Positions 60,255-64,000 of a stretch of 64,000 nucleotides of DNA are shown piece after piece. The notes beneath the pieces are model-generated. The model did no database searches and was not told the origin of the DNA. It was given only the letters and a program-made list of their open reading frames with translations. Made by a program: the position numbers and the translations under genes. Within the stretch, counting starts at the first letter, position 1; each line of letters opens with the position of its first letter. The DNA is from an uncultured Rikenellaceae bacterium. Lineage in GTDB: Bacteria; Bacteroidota; Bacteroidia; Bacteroidales; VadinHA17. The stretch covers positions 4,723 to 68,722 of the forward strand of contig CAZFVQ010000017.1 of NCBI GenBank assembly GCA_964522415.1, read 5' to 3'.

Positions 60255-60328
60255 GGTCCCGTAGCTTAACTGAATAGAGCATCTGACTACGGATCAGAAG
60301 GCTGTGGGTTTGAATCCCGCCGGGATCA
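60255..60328 (+). tRNA. tRNA-Arg (anticodon ACG); CCA not encoded
   Basis: Acceptor stem GGTCCCG/CGGGATC, anticodon arm TCTGA-CT ACG GA-TCAGA, T arm GTGGG-TTTGAAT-CCCGC; upstream TATATTTGCA -7 element (60231-60240). Confidence 0.96.
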
Positions 60329-60337
60329 CTTGAATAA

Positions 60338-60378
60338 AAACGCAATCAGCATAATTTTGTCTGGTTGCGTTTATTTTT
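60338..60378 (+). terminator. Hairpin and T-tract downstream of tRNA-Arg
   Basis: AAACGCAATCAG pairs with CTGGTTGCGTTT, followed by ATTTTT. Confidence 0.6.
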
Positions 60379-60403
60379 GATGATAATTCCGTAAAAACCA
60401 GAT

Positions 60404-61060
60404 TCAATCTGTAATATATTCCCTGATCCTGCGTGCAAGATATTCAGTATAGGTTTCCTTGACCATAATGCTTTTGCTTTCCTTGTCTATTGTATCATAA
60501 ATGAATTCTCCCTCTGTCATGATTTTTTCCTTGCAAATACCATAACCATGATAGGCAAAAATGAATCCGATAATGCAATATGCTGTCTGCTCCGGAATAC
60601 CTTCCTTGCTCGTAATTTCCTTCAAAACTTCAATTGCTATATGTTTAATGATTTCTTTATCAAAGGGCTTTTGCAATTTGAAGAGATTATTTTCACCAAG
60701 AAGCAATTTGTAAAGCTTATCTATGATTTTAGGATCCTTTATGGTAATCTGCTTGTCACGGGATTCAAATCTGACCGACAGAATGGGCTCCCGGTTCTTT
60801 TCAAAGTCAATCACTTTTATTTCTTCTTCAAAATACGAACTGGTTCCAAAAGCATATACAACATACCTGATCAGGTGATTGATCCTCTCCCTTGAGAGTC
60901 CGTATCCGCGGGAAAGACGTTCAGTAAGGCCCCATTCAGGAATATCTTCATTGTTACGGATTCCTTGCTTGCCATCCCATTCGGAAATTGGTTTAAAAGG
61001 GAAAACAATTGGTCTCCCAGCCTGGTTGTCGTCAAATTCTTTATTTTTCTTCATTGCCAT
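60404..61060 (-). CDS. Hypothetical protein, 218 aa, no family recognised
   Basis: Long ORF with protein-like composition next to the tRNA, flanked by AT-rich DNA. Confidence 0.65.
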   Translation of the reverse strand: MAMKKNKEFDDNQAGRPIVFPFKPISEWDGKQGIRNNEDIPEWGLTERLSRGYGLSRERINHLIRYVVYAFGTSSYFEEEIKVIDFEKNREPILSVRFESRDKQITIKDPKIIDKLYKLLLGENNLFKLQKPFDKEIIKHIAIEVLKEITSKEGIPEQTAYCIIGFIFAYHGYGICKEKIMTEGEFIYDTIDKESKSIMVKETYTEYLARRIREYITD

Positions 61061-61757
61061 TTTATTATCGTATAAATTATGAAAACTAAGCGCTTTTTTA
61101 AAAACAGGGCTTATTTTGAATTAAAATCCTGAATATCTGAAACATAATAGACACGAGCTTCTTTGAAAATCATATGCAGAATCAATTACCTCTTACGTAA
61201 AAAAAAAAATCTGGTTGCATTACGGACCAGACTTTTATTCCATTTTTTGTCCATTTTTTGGAAACACATGACAAGTGGCAGATTTTTAGCGAGTTATTTA
61301 ATTATATATTCAATGTTGATATCTAGTTAAAAAGTGTTAATAACAGTATGACAAATACCCTTGACATATATTTGAAATATTTTATATATTTACACCTGAT
61401 AAAAGGAAACTGAAAGTTATTTTAAGAATTTGATTGGGCAACCTGATTTGGTGTTGTATTTTTGGCTGGTTGGATTCAGTCTCCTTTTTTTAAGTTGATT
61501 GAAAAGCTTGCTGCAATAATAGTCGCGGAGGCCGGCATCTTTAAATGGGTTTAAGTTATCATGGTTTTAGGTTTTTTCATTTCTCCTCTTCTGCCGGCCT
61601 TTTTTCTTTTCTTATATTTTTTCTGTAATCCGGGTAACAAAATGCCTCCCCTTTATATTAAACAAGCAATTAAAAGGGCGGCATAGCCGGTTTTGAAGTT
61701 TTACCTTGCGAATAGTTTTGCTTCATGTCTAAAATGTCGCCCTTTCTTTTCAACAGT

Positions 61758-63029
61758 TTATTTTTTCTGCAGATGAAGATCAGCAAACCTTAGATACTGC
61801 TGCCAGTCATATTCGGTAACGGCATGTACTCCTGTTCTGATATGGTAGCCGATCCTGCTCACCACAGGTGAATTGACCGGAGGCATATCGACTGCGGGAA
61901 ATTCTTCCCCGGTCAGCAGTTTATATACAGGTGAAGCTCCCCTGCAGGAAAGGAATTCTCCCCTCGGATCAGCCCACTGATCTTCCTCGGCACTGGCAAC
62001 ATAAACAGGTCTCGGTGCTATCAGGGCAATCAGCTGATGCTGGTCGACCGGCAGCAGTTCCTCTCTTTCATTATATTTATTGAAATTACTGCAAAACCAG
62101 TGAGGGAATGATCTGTTAATGCTGCCAACGGTCTCACCGAATGCCCGTTTGGAAAGAGCAGCGCCGCCGCATCCCGAGTTATTGGAAATGACAAGGGCAA
62201 ATCTTTCATCCACGGCACCTGCCCATAATGCAGTTTTCCCCAGGCGGGAATGCCCCATGACTATCACTTTGGCGGGATCGACTGAAGGCAGTGTAAGAAG
62301 ATAATCCATTGCACGGGACAGTCCCCATGCCCATGCGGCAATGGTTCCCCATGATGAATCATCCCGCTCCCCGTCATATAGTCCGTGGACCCCGTTTCTG
62401 AACCCGTCATCATAATCAGGATCAGCATCTCCATAATATATGGTGGCCACTCCGTAGCCCCCCGAAACAATCATGTCAACAGGCCAGGACGAGGAAGCCA
62501 GACCTCTGCCTGCTTCTGAGGCCCTGTTTTCAAATACACCATAATCCTTATTGTTCCTTATCCAGCTTTCCGGAACGGCAATAGCGGGATCAGATGTAAG
62601 CGTGTGGTTGCCATAAAAATTATATCCGAGAAAAACAGGAACTCCCCCAGGCTTCTTTGGCATGTACAGGAGCATTGTCATTGTCAGTTCCCGGCTGCCG
62701 TTTTTCAGAGTCAGGTTAATTTCCTTACGTACAGCCTTCCCGTTCAGAGCATTCTCATCTGAAGACAACTCACTGGCCTTGATCTCACCGTACCACTCCG
62801 GAGCAATCCCATATATCTCCTTTTCAAAAATACTGAGTATTTCCTCCCGGCGCTTTTTCCAGGAGCTTTTATTACTGACTGTCCTGCCATTCTCAAATTT
62901 CAGCGGATCCGGAAGTTTGTAGGCAGGAACTTTGGATTCATCATAATTGGCAACAAACTGCTGTCCCGGCAAAAAATTAATATTTACCAGGAACAGAATA
63001 ACAGAAAATATAAATACCGGTCTCTTCAT
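61758..63029 (-). CDS. CE15-like glucuronoyl esterase (alpha/beta hydrolase), secreted
   Basis: NYDESKVP.Y.LPDPL, AWAWGLSRAMDYL, GHSRLGK nucleophile motif, SGCGG, E...ADP.GE. Confidence 0.85.
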   Translation of the reverse strand: MKRPVFIFSVILFLVNINFLPGQQFVANYDESKVPAYKLPDPLKFENGRTVSNKSSWKKRREEILSIFEKEIYGIAPEWYGEIKASELSSDENALNGKAVRKEINLTLKNGSRELTMTMLLYMPKKPGGVPVFLGYNFYGNHTLTSDPAIAVPESWIRNNKDYGVFENRASEAGRGLASSSWPVDMIVSGGYGVATIYYGDADPDYDDGFRNGVHGLYDGERDDSSWGTIAAWAWGLSRAMDYLLTLPSVDPAKVIVMGHSRLGKTALWAGAVDERFALVISNNSGCGGAALSKRAFGETVGSINRSFPHWFCSNFNKYNEREELLPVDQHQLIALIAPRPVYVASAEEDQWADPRGEFLSCRGASPVYKLLTGEEFPAVDMPPVNSPVVSRIGYHIRTGVHAVTEYDWQQYLRFADLHLQKK

Positions 63030-63147
63030 GTTGATAAAATTATTTTAACTATATGAGGACATACCAGACTCATGCCGCGGCCACATGTTCCGGCCATAAC
63101 GCGGATTGTATACACGGTCTGCCTGCCGCATGAATATCTTGCCAGAA

Positions 63148-64000
63148 CTATATTTTTATAAATATTTTATGCTTGTAAAGCCAGTAAGTCACGTACCAGA
63201 ATCCGGCCCAGACACCAAGACTGGTAAGAATACTTACCATCTGAGGTCCTGTCCAGGAAAACAATAAATTAATAAAGGGACCAACCATTTTTTGAATCAG
63301 TTCACCGCTTCCAATGTGGAAAAATATATATATAAAAATGCTGTTCATTCCTACAACAATAAAAAACCACGCAAATTTCGGGAACAGTTTTTTAACGTCA
63401 ATAAGCCAGTAGCACAGGCAAAGTGCCAGTATTGTCCATCCTCCGCTGACAAAAACGAAGGAAGAAGTGGCTATTTTCTTGATGATGGGTGTGATATTCA
63501 GCAGGTCGAGGGCATACCCCACTGCCAGGGCGGAGATTCCGCCAATAATCAGCATTCTGATTTTTTCCTTTTGAGTTCTTTCACTCATTAGCAGCCTGCC
63601 GCAAAGAACACCCCACACTGTATGTGCCGTTGTTGAAACAAAGTTAAGACTTGCCCAGATACTTGACTTGTCAACACCTTCAATCTTATTATTGAACCAT
63701 GCGCCGAGATTCTCATAGGGAACCCATGGATTGTTAAAACCCTGAACGGGGAAAAAGCGGTATGCCAGATCGATGAACAACAAAATAAGCAGGGTGAATA
63801 TTAACTGAAACCTAAAGCTTTTATTCCTTATCAGAAAAGCAACAAGATAGGTTACAGATAATTGTGCGAGAACATTCTGAAGCCGTAAAACAAAATGACC
63901 GGCCTCGATGAAATACAGTGCCCAGCCGAAAAACAGCAGCAAAAATGCTCTTTTGAATGCGTGACGGTTTATCTGGCCGATAGTGGATCCTTTTCTTATC
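63148..64000 (-). CDS. DUF5009 / HGSNAT-like membrane acyltransferase, 5' end beyond the window
   Basis: The frame stays open to the window edge; NVLAQL, PIIKKIATSSFV..SGGW, IVVGMNSIFIY motifs. Confidence 0.8.
   Translation of the reverse strand, partial: IRKGSTIGQINRHAFKRAFLLLFFGWALYFIEAGHFVLRLQNVLAQLSVTYLVAFLIRNKSFRFQLIFTLLILLFIDLAYRFFPVQGFNNPWVPYENLGAWFNNKIEGVDKSSIWASLNFVSTTAHTVWGVLCGRLLMSERTQKEKIRMLIIGGISALAVGYALDLLNITPIIKKIATSSFVFVSGGWTILALCLCYWLIDVKKLFPKFAWFFIVVGMNSIFIYIFFHIGSGELIQKMVGPFINLLFSWTGPQMVSILTSLGVWAGFWYVTYWLYKHKIFIKI

Noticed and set aside
61551-61580. Tiny minus-strand ORF MKKPKTMIT with an upstream GAGGAG
   Set aside because: Only 9 codons, and SD sequences are generally not used in Bacteroidetes; cannot be supported.
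60329-61757. Intact prophage or ICE at tRNA-Arg
   Set aside because: No integrase and no long duplication of the tRNA 3' end; at most a remnant (reported as a finding).

Overview
This looks like a chromosomal window from a Bacteroidales-type bacterium: TAnnTTTG -7 promoter elements, few obvious SD sequences, and Bacteroidetes-style gene families. Housekeeping and ordinary accessory content: cobalamin riboswitch with btuFCD, LacI regulator, yidC, DUF349, PorE-like OmpA, queE, alkaline phosphatase, cpdB-like, namZ-like, pyrBI, an RND efflux trio, a Wzx/Wzy surface-polysaccharide cluster (36.2-48.8 kb), zapB-like/zapA/6S RNA/rny, M23 peptidase, cutC, C69 dipeptidase, rplS, AsmA-family, tRNA-Arg(ACG), a CE15-like esterase and a partial DUF5009 gene. 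The most interesting locus is a six-gene cassette at 10,083-18,662: HlyD adaptor, C39-peptidase ABC exporter (PCAT), ECF sigma factor, membrane-anchored exported TPR-CHAT protease, a 47-aa double-glycine-leader peptide missed by the ORF track (17595-17738, core DKVRSEPIILPPSPPILI), and a membrane TPR anti-sigma-like protein. No RiPP-modifying enzyme or obvious immunity gene is present. I infer a candidate peptide-signalling circuit in a Gram-negative bacterium that uses a caspase-family protease to release a sigma factor. Whether this system has already been described could not be checked without searches. A second candidate is an ORF-free region downstream of tRNA-Arg with a promoter-like element and three consecutive long-loop hairpins (61.36-61.75 kb). 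All family assignments come from motif recognition by eye; no database search was run.
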